The position numbers and the translations under genes were made by a program. Of a DNA stretch of 64,000 bases, positions 44,110-54,216 are shown piece after piece (positions within the stretch are counted from its first letter, which is position 1; the number at the start of each line of letters is the position of its first letter). Source of the stretch: Clostridiaceae bacterium (GTDB lineage: Bacteria > Bacillota > Clostridia > Saccharofermentanales > DTU023); contig JAAYRL010000054.1 in assembly GCA_012518795.1 (NCBI GenBank), positions 16,915 through 80,914 on the forward strand. The letters are read 5' to 3'. The notes under the pieces are model-generated. The model was not told where the DNA came from. It saw only the letters and a list, made by a program, of their open reading frames with translations, and ran no database searches.

Positions 44110-45322
44110 CGTTTATAGTATTTCCTTTATCAATATCTAAATTTAATTGGTCAAAACCAAGTTGAGTATATTCTGTTGCTTCAGTTCCGTTTAAATTCTT
44201 TTCAATTTTACTTTCAGTTTTACATTCATTATTGTTTTTATCAGTCATGTTCTCCGCAGCATTTGTCGAAAAAATATCCGTCGGCGGAGTTAAGTTTAAA
44301 TGGCGCCAGCCTTGTTCCATCAGAATTCTGCCGCGCGGAGTTTTTGCAATAAAACCCAATTGCATCAAATAAGGTTCGCAAACATCTTCAATTGTTTTCG
44401 GATCTTCTCCGGTCATTGCTGCCAATGTATCTAATCCGACCGGTCCGCCACGGAAGCTTTTCGCCATAACAGACAGTAAATTTCGATCTGTATTATCAAG
44501 TCCTTGTGCATCAATCTCTAAAGCTTTTAAACCGACTTCAACAATATCCGAATCAATTAATCCTTGCCCTTTAACCTGGGCAAAGTCTCGCATCCGTCGC
44601 AATAATCTAATCGCAATTCTCGGAGTACCGCGGCAACGTGTAGAAAGCATCGTCAAGCCTTGTGTATCAATTTCTACATTTAATAATTCGGCATTATGTT
44701 TAACGATTTGTGCAATCTCTTCCGGTTCATATAATTCCAAACGATGAACCATTCCAAAACGATCCCGTAAAGGAGCACTGAGCAAACCGGCTCTGGTTGT
44801 CGCTCCAATCAAAGTAAAATGCGGTAAATCCAGTCTGATCGATCTTGCACTCGGGCCCTTACCGATAATAATATCCACAATATAATCTTCCATTGCCGGA
44901 TAAAGTATTTCTTCAACTTGATAATTCAAACGGTGAATTTCATCAATAAATAAAACATCATGTTCTTGCAGATTAGTTAAGAGTGCAACTAAATCGCCCT
45001 GCCGTTCAATTGCCGGTCCTGATGTTATTCTTATATTTGAATCCATGTTTTGGGCAATAATACCTGCCAGGGTCGTTTTGCCTAAACCGGGCGGTCCATA
45101 TAATAACACATGATCCAAAGCTTCATTACGGCTTTTGGCAGCTTTGATAAATATTTGCAAATTCTCTTTGATTTTTTGCTGGCCGTAAAAATGTTCAAAA
45201 GATTTCGGTCTTAACGTACCTTCAAAACTGTCATCGGAACGCATCTCCCGATCAACTAAGCGAGGTTCTTGTTCAATATCGTAATCTTGATTAAAAATAC
45301 TATAAAAACCGGATTCATTCAT
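44102..45322 (-). CDS. ruvB: Holliday junction helicase RuvB
   Basis: [31 protein letters not shown]. Confidence 0.98.
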   Translation of the reverse strand: MNESGFYSIFNQDYDIEQEPRLVDREMRSDDSFEGTLRPKSFEHFYGQQKIKENLQIFIKAAKSRNEALDHVLLYGPPGLGKTTLAGIIAQNMDSNIRITSGPAIERQGDLVALLTNLQEHDVLFIDEIHRLNYQVEEILYPAMEDYIVDIIIGKGPSARSIRLDLPHFTLIGATTRAGLLSAPLRDRFGMVHRLELYEPEEIAQIVKHNAELLNVEIDTQGLTMLSTRCRGTPRIAIRLLRRMRDFAQVKGQGLIDSDIVEVGLKALEIDAQGLDNTDRNLLSVMAKSFRGGPVGLDTLAAMTGEDPKTIEDVCEPYLMQLGFIAKTPRGRILMEQGWRHLNLTPPTDIFSTNAAENMTDKNNNECKTESKIEKNLNGTEATEYTQLGFDQLNLDIDKGNTINDA

Positions 45323-45331
45323 AATATTTGA

Positions 45332-45973
45332 TTATAACACGGAGAGATGTTTAAGCGCATATTTTAAAAGCGACTCAACTGTAATCTCTATTGCGTTTTC
45401 TTTCAATTCATAATAAGCTTTTTCCAAAGCTTTTTCAGCTTCAGACTCCTGATATCCTAAAACCATTAAAGCGGCAATAGATTCTTGACCGACACTTAAC
45501 AAATTACTGTCCGCCGAAATTCCAATACTCTTTGAGGTTTCCGTACCGACCTTGCTCAAATCCGGCAAAGATTTTTTTACTTTATCCTTCAGCTCTAAAA
45601 TAATTCTTTGAGCTCCTTTGTTTCCAATGCCTTTAATTTGAGTTAAGCTCTTCACATCATCATTCAAAACAGCCATTGCAAAGCGTTCCGGACTCATACC
45701 GCCGACAATTCCGCTTGCAACTTTCGGCCCGATTCCGCTTACTGTAATCAACAGCTCATATAGTTTTTTTATTTCTTGATTTGGGAAACCGTAGAGACTC
45801 ATTTCATTTTCTCTGACATTCATATAAGTCCAGACCGTTACCTCTTCACCGATTGCCGGAAACTGATTTGCCATTAAAGAATCATAAAAAATTTCAAAAC
45901 CAATTCCTTGAACTGTAACTATCATACTTTCAGGATGTTTTTGTAAAATTCTACCTGTTAACACTGCGATCAT
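45332..45973 (-). CDS. ruvA: Holliday junction branch migration protein RuvA
   Basis: LYGF, VSGIGPK, GIGNKGAQRIILELKDK. Confidence 0.96.
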   Translation of the reverse strand: MIAVLTGRILQKHPESMIVTVQGIGFEIFYDSLMANQFPAIGEEVTVWTYMNVRENEMSLYGFPNQEIKKLYELLITVSGIGPKVASGIVGGMSPERFAMAVLNDDVKSLTQIKGIGNKGAQRIILELKDKVKKSLPDLSKVGTETSKSIGISADSNLLSVGQESIAALMVLGYQESEAEKALEKAYYELKENAIEITVESLLKYALKHLSVL

Positions 45974-46115
45974 TATTTATCCTCGAAAATTTTCTACTAC
46001 TGAATCATTTTTAATTCTTTATATATTTCGTATTTTTTAATTCTTTATATATTTCGTATTAATATTATCATTGTTGATAATTTAAAACCTAATCTTCATC
46101 TGTCTTGTCAATCTA

Positions 46116-46619
46116 TTATTGATAGCCTCCGACAGCTAAAGCTGTACTCCTATTTCCACTATGTGCATGACATAAAGCAACAGCAAGTGCATCCGCCACA
46201 TCATCAGGTTCAGGAATTTTATTTAATTTAAGTAATACTTTGACCATTTCCTGAACTTGATTTTTTTCGGAATTACCATATCCGGTAACTGCAAGCTTGA
46301 CCTGTTTCGGAGTGTATTCGAAGACCGGTATTTTATTTCTCGCTCCCGTAACTACAGCTACTCCTCTGGCTTGTGCAGTGCCGATTGCAGTTGTTGTATT
46401 TCTATTGAAAAACAGTTCTTCAATTGCCATCACATCAGGTTTATATTTATTAATCAATGCTTCCAAACTTTGTTCAATCAATAGTAAACGTTCAGGAAAA
46501 TATGAATTGGCTTTTGTCGTAATTAAACCATAATCCAAAACTTTAAATTTCTGTTCTAAATAATCAATAAAAGCATAACCGGTAATGGCATACCCGGGAT
46601 CAATTCCAAGTATAATCAT
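46116..46619 (-). CDS. ruvC: Crossover junction endodeoxyribonuclease RuvC
   Basis: ILGIDPG, IEELFF, PDDVADALAVALCH. Confidence 0.97.
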   Translation of the reverse strand: MIILGIDPGYAITGYAFIDYLEQKFKVLDYGLITTKANSYFPERLLLIEQSLEALINKYKPDVMAIEELFFNRNTTTAIGTAQARGVAVVTGARNKIPVFEYTPKQVKLAVTGYGNSEKNQVQEMVKVLLKLNKIPEPDDVADALAVALCHAHSGNRSTALAVGGYQ

Positions 46620-46640
46620 ATTTTATCTGCATATCCTATC

Positions 46641-46652
46641 AAACATTTGTTC
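46641..46652 (-). promoter_or_regulatory. Putative LexA (Cheo/SOS) box upstream of ruvC
   Basis: GAACAAATGTTT, one mismatch to GAAC-N4-GTTC, just downstream of a TGnTAGAAT extended -10. Confidence 0.6.
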
Positions 46653-46730
46653 TTATTCTAGCATAGATTCTCTTACAATACATACTGATTAACTATATTC
46701 TTTAGAAATTAAAGCTGATTAGATTACGTT

Positions 46731-46845
46731 ATTTGTCAACTTAAATATAGATTAAAGTGTATCATTTGTTAACTTAAACGGATTACAATATATAATTTGT
46801 AAACTTAAGCAGATTAAAAGATATTATTTGTAAACTAAATCAGAT
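46731..46845. repeat. Degenerate 31-33 bp direct repeats x4
   Basis: ATTTGTnAACT(T)AA...GATT at 46731, 46764, 46795, 46826. Confidence 0.7.
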
Positions 46846-46881
46846 CAAGGTAAGATTTGAATTATTGACTTAGGTGGAAAA

Positions 46882-47982
46882 ATGAAAAATAAAAATAGAA
46901 TAGAAAACCCAAATAAAAATAATAAAGATTCTGAATTGAACAAAGAACAAAAAGAGGTCCACAAAAAATCATGGATCAGAATCATTAAAGATATAATAAT
47001 CAACGGACCTAGAGCTTGGCGTGGCAAAAGAGCAGGCAGATATTGGGATTATTCAATTGACTTCATCCAAATGGTTACATATCACAGAATCGGTGACAAG
47101 GCAGCAGGAGTTGTTTATTATTTATTATTGGCTTTTGTTCCTTTGTTAATGTTAGTAATGTTTTTTGTTTCTCTAATAGGACAAAATATTGAAATAACTC
47201 CTGAAGCAATTGAAAGAATTAGAAGTTTCTTGCCCGAACCTATTTTGATTATTATCGAATCATTAACTATTAATATTAGGTCACCGTTGTCAACTTTTTC
47301 TTTAATTATTACTATCAGTACGGCCTTGTGGGCAGCAAGCCGTGGCATCGGTCAAGTTTTTACAGGTATTGCTACAATATATCCGCCGCGTGATAATACG
47401 CTGCCTTTGCCCCCGAGAATATTCGGTATTGTTTTTACTCTTTTTTTCTTTATATTGTTGACACTTGCAACAGTTGTCATGAGCTTCGGTCGTGTTATTT
47501 TTAATTTTCTCAATGAAAATTTAGAATTCCTTGATATTCAAAATTGGGTTGTCGATTTGGTCACATACGGCTTTAGCTTTTTCGTAATTTTCATTATCCT
47601 CTATATTCTCTACTATACAAATTCCAAACGATCGGTCGGTAATATTCCTAGTGCCCCCGGTGCATTGTTTGCTACTATCGGTTGGATTCTCCTGTCTTAT
47701 GTGTACTCGTTTTATATTGCAAATCGGGCATCGTTATCGACTCTGTACGGCGGCTTAGCAAATATTATTATTTTAATGCTCTGGTTGAATTTCACAATTC
47801 AAATTCTGCTCTACGGTGCAATGATCAATTATCAAAGGTCTTGGTATAATGCTCAGCGAAACAAGAAATACATCAAACTAAGTTATGTAATTCGCAGGAT
47901 AGGTCTGCATGAAAACCCGTTCAATTATCTGACAAACAATGATGAAAGTGCCAACATCAGTTCATCTGCTGAATCGAAGTAA
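46882..47982 (+). CDS. YihY/BrkB-family membrane protein
   Basis: AAGVVYYLLLAFVP, PGALFATIGW, LYGGLANIIILMLWL. Confidence 0.9.
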   Translation: MKNKNRIENPNKNNKDSELNKEQKEVHKKSWIRIIKDIIINGPRAWRGKRAGRYWDYSIDFIQMVTYHRIGDKAAGVVYYLLLAFVPLLMLVMFFVSLIGQNIEITPEAIERIRSFLPEPILIIIESLTINIRSPLSTFSLIITISTALWAASRGIGQVFTGIATIYPPRDNTLPLPPRIFGIVFTLFFFILLTLATVVMSFGRVIFNFLNENLEFLDIQNWVVDLVTYGFSFFVIFIILYILYYTNSKRSVGNIPSAPGALFATIGWILLSYVYSFYIANRASLSTLYGGLANIIILMLWLNFTIQILLYGAMINYQRSWYNAQRNKKYIKLSYVIRRIGLHENPFNYLTNNDESANISSSAESK

Positions 47983-48026
47983 TTTTCTTGATGTAATTAG
48001 CTTTTTACGTTAACTTTTCAAGACAC

Positions 48027-48067
48027 AAAAAAGTAGTGATACGAACATTAAATGCACATATCACTAC
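48027..48067 (-). terminator. Intrinsic terminator between convergent genes
   Basis: GTAGTGATA...TATCACTAC stem with T6 on the minus strand. Confidence 0.6.
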
Positions 48068-48115
48068 CGGCAGATTATAATTAATTTAATTTATTATTAT
48101 TTTATTTATATTCCT

Positions 48116-49708
48116 TTATCCTTTACGTTTAGCCGTTTTATTAGCCCAGATTGTGATGAGCATTGCTACAAGGGCAGCTGCCAGCATTGCAATGACTAAT
48201 TGAACCGGTTTCTCATTAGTTAAGCCCGGTGCTACAAATGTCGGAACATAAGCAGTACTTTTAACATTAAATAAGCCAACTAAGGCACCACCCACTGCTC
48301 CGGCAAATATTGCTCCGCCAAACACCTTTTTATCACCAAACATATAGGGGTATGCAGCCTCAACAAAAGTGCCAAAGAAGATATTAACTAAAAAGCCCGG
48401 TAAAGCAGCAGTTCTGCCACCTTTCTCTCTTGGTAAAATAACATTTCCCAAAGTAATGCCGGCGGATACACAAACCAAGCATACTAAATCAACAGCACCA
48501 AGGAAACTGAAGCCTGCAGCTTCCATCTCAATCAGAACGATAGGTAGAATGGCTGCATGATATACACCGCCCATGATAGCCAACCAAATCAATGCACCTG
48601 CTACTAAACCTGCAAGAATCGCATTGTATGCCAATATTTGGTCAATTAAATTTCTGATTCCATTACCTAAGAAAGCAGCAATAGGTGATATCAGGAACAT
48701 GCCGACAAAACCTGCCAATAAGCCACCTAATGCACCGGATAAAAGATTGGTGGTAGTTCCCGGAACTTTGTTTTTCAAAGCCCAAGTAGCTACATAATAA
48801 ACGATAATACCTGCCAGAATACCGGTTATAATTCCGCCAATGACTCCTCCGTTAGTAGACATTGCACCTGCAATTATACCTGCTACTACACCAATTTCGT
48901 CAAAACCTGAAACTTGTTTTGCTGCAATAGCGGCAAGAATAACAGGCAACAGACCGATAATTGTACTTCCGATAGCAGAAAAAGATGCTGATTCATTACC
49001 TGTTACCGAAACTATCCAAGAATTCAAACTCCCAATCTGTCCTAAGGCAATCATAATTGCCATAGCAATAAATGCAGGCATTGCCGCAAACATGATTCCT
49101 CGCACATTGATTCTTTGCCATACTGTTGTTGACTCAGCACTTGCACTTGCCGAAGAAGTAAGAACAGCTCTGTATTTATGATCATGCGCTTTCGCTAAAG
49201 CTGAAATATAAGCAACCGCTCTTGTCCTGTCAGTTGTACCTGTTGTTCCGGTTGACGAAACGACGTTGCAGCCCATTTGTTCATATACACCCATCGCAGA
49301 ACCACCTGAACCTGCAACCGGAATTTGTGTGTTCTTAGCTGCTTCAGCCGAAGCTTTATTGTTTGACTTAGGATCAGCACTGATAACAACTAAACCTTCA
49401 ATTTCTTTAGCTTCTATTTGTTCAGCTAAATTTGCATCTAACACTTTAACTGTTTCATTAATCGCTGATAACTCCCCTTGCTCAGACAATGTCAAATCCC
49501 CATTCGAATCTAAAGTATATAAACTTACAACAGAATCTTCTTTAATGTTATCCAAAGACGTTGTTGCCGCAACAAATTGTACAAAAGCTACTTCAAAATC
49601 CGCCGCCTTAGCTTGAGTCAGAACCTCACCTAACAGCTTTTGAGGATTATTTCCACCTTGAGAATAGAGATTACCTCCACTGCTGCCTACAATTGCTATT
49701 TTCTTCAT
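48116..49708 (-). CDS. PTS EIIC-like membrane protein with an N-terminal soluble domain
   Basis: Gly-rich TM region with GGVYHAAILP and FVEAAYPY, EIIC-like; AGGAG RBS. Confidence 0.7.
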   Translation of the reverse strand: MKKIAIVGSSGGNLYSQGGNNPQKLLGEVLTQAKAADFEVAFVQFVAATTSLDNIKEDSVVSLYTLDSNGDLTLSEQGELSAINETVKVLDANLAEQIEAKEIEGLVVISADPKSNNKASAEAAKNTQIPVAGSGGSAMGVYEQMGCNVVSSTGTTGTTDRTRAVAYISALAKAHDHKYRAVLTSSASASAESTTVWQRINVRGIMFAAMPAFIAMAIMIALGQIGSLNSWIVSVTGNESASFSAIGSTIIGLLPVILAAIAAKQVSGFDEIGVVAGIIAGAMSTNGGVIGGIITGILAGIIVYYVATWALKNKVPGTTTNLLSGALGGLLAGFVGMFLISPIAAFLGNGIRNLIDQILAYNAILAGLVAGALIWLAIMGGVYHAAILPIVLIEMEAAGFSFLGAVDLVCLVCVSAGITLGNVILPREKGGRTAALPGFLVNIFFGTFVEAAYPYMFGDKKVFGGAIFAGAVGGALVGLFNVKSTAYVPTFVAPGLTNEKPVQLVIAMLAAALVAMLITIWANKTAKRKG

Positions 49709-49806
49709 ACACACACTCCTAAATTTATAATTATAAAAAATATAATATAATTATACATCCTACCAGTTTACCGGAATTATTGAAAGTCTATTTTTCAAGG
49801 GCTTTT

Positions 49807-51906
49807 TTAAGGCCTTTTTTTGGATAAGATGAAAAAATAAAGATAAATACTAACAATAAAAATAAAGCTCAGGAAGGTAATTAGTAAAACAGATATCACA
49901 AATTCCACATTACTCATGGTTTTTAAATCTGAAGAGATTCCTAAAATGTTAGTCCAAGGTAAATAGGATAATATATTGCTATTCAAAATAAACATTTTTG
50001 CAATCGTCGGAAGCAAAATCACAATAAACAATGGAAATAAAGAAGTTTGTAATTTCTTGATCTTTTTGATGAAAAAATAAGATAGCAATGCCACCAATAC
50101 AAAACTGATATAGCGTCTTAGGAATAACAGCAATTCTAATTGTCCCAGGTTTATGTCAAGGGTAAGGTGTTGAATCATTTTGACAGATTGTATGGAAGCC
50201 CTGAGTGGCAAGGCATAATGACTTTGATGCACCTCATAATAATGTAAGCAAGAATATATTGCATTTCCAATTAAAGCTGTTGTATTGATAATGTGAAAAT
50301 GAGCGGAACTGCGCAAGCCAAACCTGCTTGGCGTACTGAAAAGTAAATTATCCAGTTCATATACCTTGTCCGGTCCGATTAACCACACACTTAGCAACAA
50401 CATATTCAGCACCCGGAATAAAGATAACAGATTCTGAGTAAAACTATATTCATAATGTTTATACGCCATATCCTGATCAAGAACATATAGTTTTTGTTGA
50501 TTATCTTCATGAAAAAACTTCATGTCTGCAAAGTCATTTTTTATTTGGTATAGTACTTCTTTTTCTATTTGATAACGTTGATCTTGTGTAGTGGAAGCTT
50601 TAGCTTCTATGTCTTCGATCATTTCATTCAATCTCAATTCTTTTTCATCCGTTAATTCACCTGATAATTCTTTGATAGCATTAACATAAGTAATTCTTTG
50701 TAATGAAAAATAGACTTCTTCTTCATAATCAGTTGTCTTTGAGAAAACGGACACACTTTGTAAAATAACAGGAATCAAAAAAACTAAGATTAACTTTCTT
50801 TGCAAAAACACTCGATTGATTTCAAATAGCAGTAAAGAACGATGAATTATATTTTTGCCTGTTTTCTTTCTCTCTTTAACAATGGAACTATGTCGCTCTT
50901 TTCTTTTTTGTAGTTTTGCCAGTCGTATGCCGGCAAGGAAAAAGAAGAAAACAAAAACACAGAATAAGAAAATATTGGAAATTAATAATCTGGGAACTGC
51001 CATGTTCGCGATACTTAAATCTTTATATATCGCTATTTGTCCGAAAAAATCAGCACAAGCAATCAAATTTAGATATTTGAATAAATTAAAGATTGAATTA
51101 CCGGGAATAAAACGGTACAAACCTGTAGATACAATAAAGATCACTGATATAATAATGATATCAACGGATCTTTTCTTGGTTAAGGAAATGACAAATAAAG
51201 ATAAAGCAATAAAACTGAAAGCAATAAGAACAAAATAGAGTATATCGTATAATATTAACTCAGTTACTTTGATTTCTAAATATGCTGTCTTAAAGTAAGG
51301 ATTGGATTGAATGTTTCTGGAAAGACTTTCCGGAGTATATCTGAAACCAAGAGTTAAAAGAGGAATGATTTTTATCAGAATCGCATACACAAAAGCCAAC
51401 CCGGATAAAACAATTATTTTCACTTTAATTAATTCGCCTCTGCCGGCAGGCAGACTGCGTATAAAGCTGATTAATCCTTCATCTTGATCACCTTTCAATA
51501 TAATAAGTGCAAGCCAAATAATAAAAAGCAACCAAAATATATCGAACTGATTAATCAAAACCAGTTTTGTTAAAGCTGCTTCATCAGTAATCGTTATTTC
51601 TATATTTTCTAATGCTTGATATTTTTCGATTTGATTTTTTAAGCTTTTGGTCAGAAAAGTTTCATTATCAGAAAAAGAAGATACGATTAATTTATCTTCT
51701 AAGGCATTAATTCGTCCGTTGTTAAAATCATGATATTCTTCTGTAGTGATTGGATCTTCTTCCGGGAAGGATGTTCCCAATATGTCATTGTCATTATCAG
51801 CAAAAGTTACAAAAAGCGAAAAGACAAATCGGCTTAGTAAAAACAATACTAAGATCAACGTGACTTCCTTTCTTGATAAAATTTTTCTGACTTCTGCCTT
51901 ATACAT
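49807..51906 (-). CDS. ABC transporter permease (two tandem membrane modules)
   Basis: Two hydrophobic blocks containing IRSLPAGR and LFSTPSR; downstream of the ABC ATPase. Confidence 0.7.
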   Translation of the reverse strand: MYKAEVRKILSRKEVTLILVLFLLSRFVFSLFVTFADNDNDILGTSFPEEDPITTEEYHDFNNGRINALEDKLIVSSFSDNETFLTKSLKNQIEKYQALENIEITITDEAALTKLVLINQFDIFWLLFIIWLALIILKGDQDEGLISFIRSLPAGRGELIKVKIIVLSGLAFVYAILIKIIPLLTLGFRYTPESLSRNIQSNPYFKTAYLEIKVTELILYDILYFVLIAFSFIALSLFVISLTKKRSVDIIIISVIFIVSTGLYRFIPGNSIFNLFKYLNLIACADFFGQIAIYKDLSIANMAVPRLLISNIFLFCVFVFFFFLAGIRLAKLQKRKERHSSIVKERKKTGKNIIHRSLLLFEINRVFLQRKLILVFLIPVILQSVSVFSKTTDYEEEVYFSLQRITYVNAIKELSGELTDEKELRLNEMIEDIEAKASTTQDQRYQIEKEVLYQIKNDFADMKFFHEDNQQKLYVLDQDMAYKHYEYSFTQNLLSLFRVLNMLLLSVWLIGPDKVYELDNLLFSTPSRFGLRSSAHFHIINTTALIGNAIYSCLHYYEVHQSHYALPLRASIQSVKMIQHLTLDINLGQLELLLFLRRYISFVLVALLSYFFIKKIKKLQTSLFPLFIVILLPTIAKMFILNSNILSYLPWTNILGISSDLKTMSNVEFVISVLLITFLSFIFIVSIYLYFFILSKKRP

Positions 51907-51929
51907 AATATGACACGTTCTTTTGTTAA

Positions 51930-52829
51930 TTATTTTTCGGAATATAAATAGAGATAAACATCTTCCAAGGTGCAGGATTTTTCAATATCTTGGCAATTTT
52001 CAAGTAATTCTACAGAGATATTTTCGTTTGCAGATTTGACTATAGTTACTTCCAATAAATCCTTTTCCACTTCTTGCATATGAGAAATATTAAATTTGTC
52101 GATATATAATTGAATTTTTTCTTTGGGTATCAAATAAGTGTGAGATATATTCTGATATTTATGTAATATATTGGAAACCGTATCCTGTTCTAATAGATGA
52201 CCCTGTTTTAAAAAAACAACCTCTTTGGCAATCGAATCTATATCGGAAACAATATGTGTCGCTATCAGCACAATACGCTCCAAGGCTTGTTCTGCAATAA
52301 AGTTTTTTAAACGTATCCTTTCTTTAGGATCTAAACCGGCGGTCGGTTCATCTAATAACAATATTTTAGGATCTCCTAGAAGCGCTTGAGCTAACAATAC
52401 TCTTTGTTTCATACCGCCACTTAAAGTAGAAATTTTTCGTTTCATTAAATTGGCTATACCTAATTTTTTAGTAATATAATCTACTTGTTCCTTGAAATCA
52501 TCCATATTAATTTTCTTTAACAAGGCAAAATATTCAAGGAAACGAAAAACTGTCATGTATTCAAATAACTTTTGCTGTTGCGGCATATAACCCAGAGAAA
52601 GTGAAAATTTATTTGCTATATCATCAATATTTTCTCCGTTATAAGTTATGGTTCCGGTATCATAATCTAAAATATTTGCAAGAATATAAAACAAAGTAGA
52701 TTTCCCTGCACCGTTCGGTCCTAAAACACCGTAAATACCGGAAGTAAAAGTTGCTTTGAAATTGTTTAAAGCAGGTATAGACTGCCCTTTATATCGCTTA
52801 GTAAGATTTTCAATTTGTAAAATACACAT
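51930..52829 (-). CDS. ABC transporter ATP-binding protein
   Basis: GPNGAGKST, LSGGMKQR, LLDEPTAGLD. Confidence 0.95.
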   Translation of the reverse strand: MCILQIENLTKRYKGQSIPALNNFKATFTSGIYGVLGPNGAGKSTLFYILANILDYDTGTITYNGENIDDIANKFSLSLGYMPQQQKLFEYMTVFRFLEYFALLKKINMDDFKEQVDYITKKLGIANLMKRKISTLSGGMKQRVLLAQALLGDPKILLLDEPTAGLDPKERIRLKNFIAEQALERIVLIATHIVSDIDSIAKEVVFLKQGHLLEQDTVSNILHKYQNISHTYLIPKEKIQLYIDKFNISHMQEVEKDLLEVTIVKSANENISVELLENCQDIEKSCTLEDVYLYLYSEK

Positions 52830-52834
52830 TTTGT

Positions 52835-54148
52835 TTATTCTTCCGCAAAGAGATTTTCATAAACATCCAGATAATCAAATTTTACAACAATTTGATTGTC
52901 TATTATTTGATAGAAAGCATCTCCGTTTGGCATCATTAAAAAAATATCGCCATTTGTACCGATACACACTTCCATCGGGATTTGAATGACGGCAGCTTCT
53001 TCATCACTAATATCAGCAATAACTTTTAATTCATTATCGACCACTTTATATATTTTAAAGGCTACCTGGCTGAAACGATCCGGAGTAGAAAGACCAAGTA
53101 CTGCAGGTATGGCATATATGTCTTTACCATTTGTTTCTATATAATAATTAGCAGGTAAAGAATACTTATTAGAAACCTCTTCTTTATCTTTCTTAACATA
53201 CCATGCTTCCATGTCACCGGACATATCATCCGGTGGTAAAGAGAGACAAGAATAATATTGAACTCCATCCAATTCAAAAAGATTTCTTATCTTTTCATTA
53301 TCTTTAGGATATTCAAGCAAAGTCTTAAAAGAAAATTCTCCATTAGATGCATCATACGAAACATAAATAGTTTTTTCTACAAAGCCAATATCTGTATCAG
53401 TTTCCGCAGAATAATTCAAATTGAAATGAATCATATTATCTGAAACATCATAGCGTGGAGCAGTGATTTGATTTTCTCTGAAATCTTCACTCACAGGAAC
53501 AGGAATCGCTTCTTCTGATTGCTCAGCTTCCAGATTATAAACCGCAAGAAAATAATCATAAACATATCCCTTGACTGATTCCTCGTCATTTGCTACTTCC
53601 GCATAAAGGGTATAGATTTTGTCACCGGCAAGTGCAAAATCACCATACATGGATTTAATTGAACCAATTCTCTGTCTTTGCAAAGTAGCCGGATCAACTT
53701 TGATAACTTGCCAATCCCCTTTAAGGGAATCGACAGATTCTAAAGTATAAAGATAATTATCATAATAATGGATTGATACATTATCCCCAAAATATGCCTC
53801 ATGTGCTTCTCCATCCTGATAAACCTTTTTCAGTAGGTCCTCTCCTTGAATGGAATCATTGCTGAAAACAACGACTTTGCCGGTTTCTTTGTCCAGATAA
53901 TGCAGTATTCCGGAACACATTATAAAATATCCGTTATCAGTTTCAGCAATATGATGATAAAGATTATAGTAGAACGGATTATCAATAGTCGGCAGTGAAG
54001 TTTTTATATTTTCATTTTCAGCAACAGATTCTTCAGGTGGGGAAGATTCTTTTTTATTACAGCTTGATAGTAATATCATCAGGATAAGTAACACTGAAAT
54101 TAATAAATAATATTTAGATTTCTTGCTTTGAAGTATTTTTGTGATCAT
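52835..54148 (-). CDS. Lipoprotein, unknown function
   Basis: Signal peptide with lipobox LLSSC; acidic, beta-rich body. Confidence 0.75.
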   Translation of the reverse strand: MITKILQSKKSKYYLLISVLLILMILLSSCNKKESSPPEESVAENENIKTSLPTIDNPFYYNLYHHIAETDNGYFIMCSGILHYLDKETGKVVVFSNDSIQGEDLLKKVYQDGEAHEAYFGDNVSIHYYDNYLYTLESVDSLKGDWQVIKVDPATLQRQRIGSIKSMYGDFALAGDKIYTLYAEVANDEESVKGYVYDYFLAVYNLEAEQSEEAIPVPVSEDFRENQITAPRYDVSDNMIHFNLNYSAETDTDIGFVEKTIYVSYDASNGEFSFKTLLEYPKDNEKIRNLFELDGVQYYSCLSLPPDDMSGDMEAWYVKKDKEEVSNKYSLPANYYIETNGKDIYAIPAVLGLSTPDRFSQVAFKIYKVVDNELKVIADISDEEAAVIQIPMEVCIGTNGDIFLMMPNGDAFYQIIDNQIVVKFDYLDVYENLFAEE

Positions 54149-54216
54149 ATAATGCTCGTTTCCGGTAAGTTCTTACCACTTGATAAGATTCAATTCATAC
54201 TGAATCGGTGAACCTG

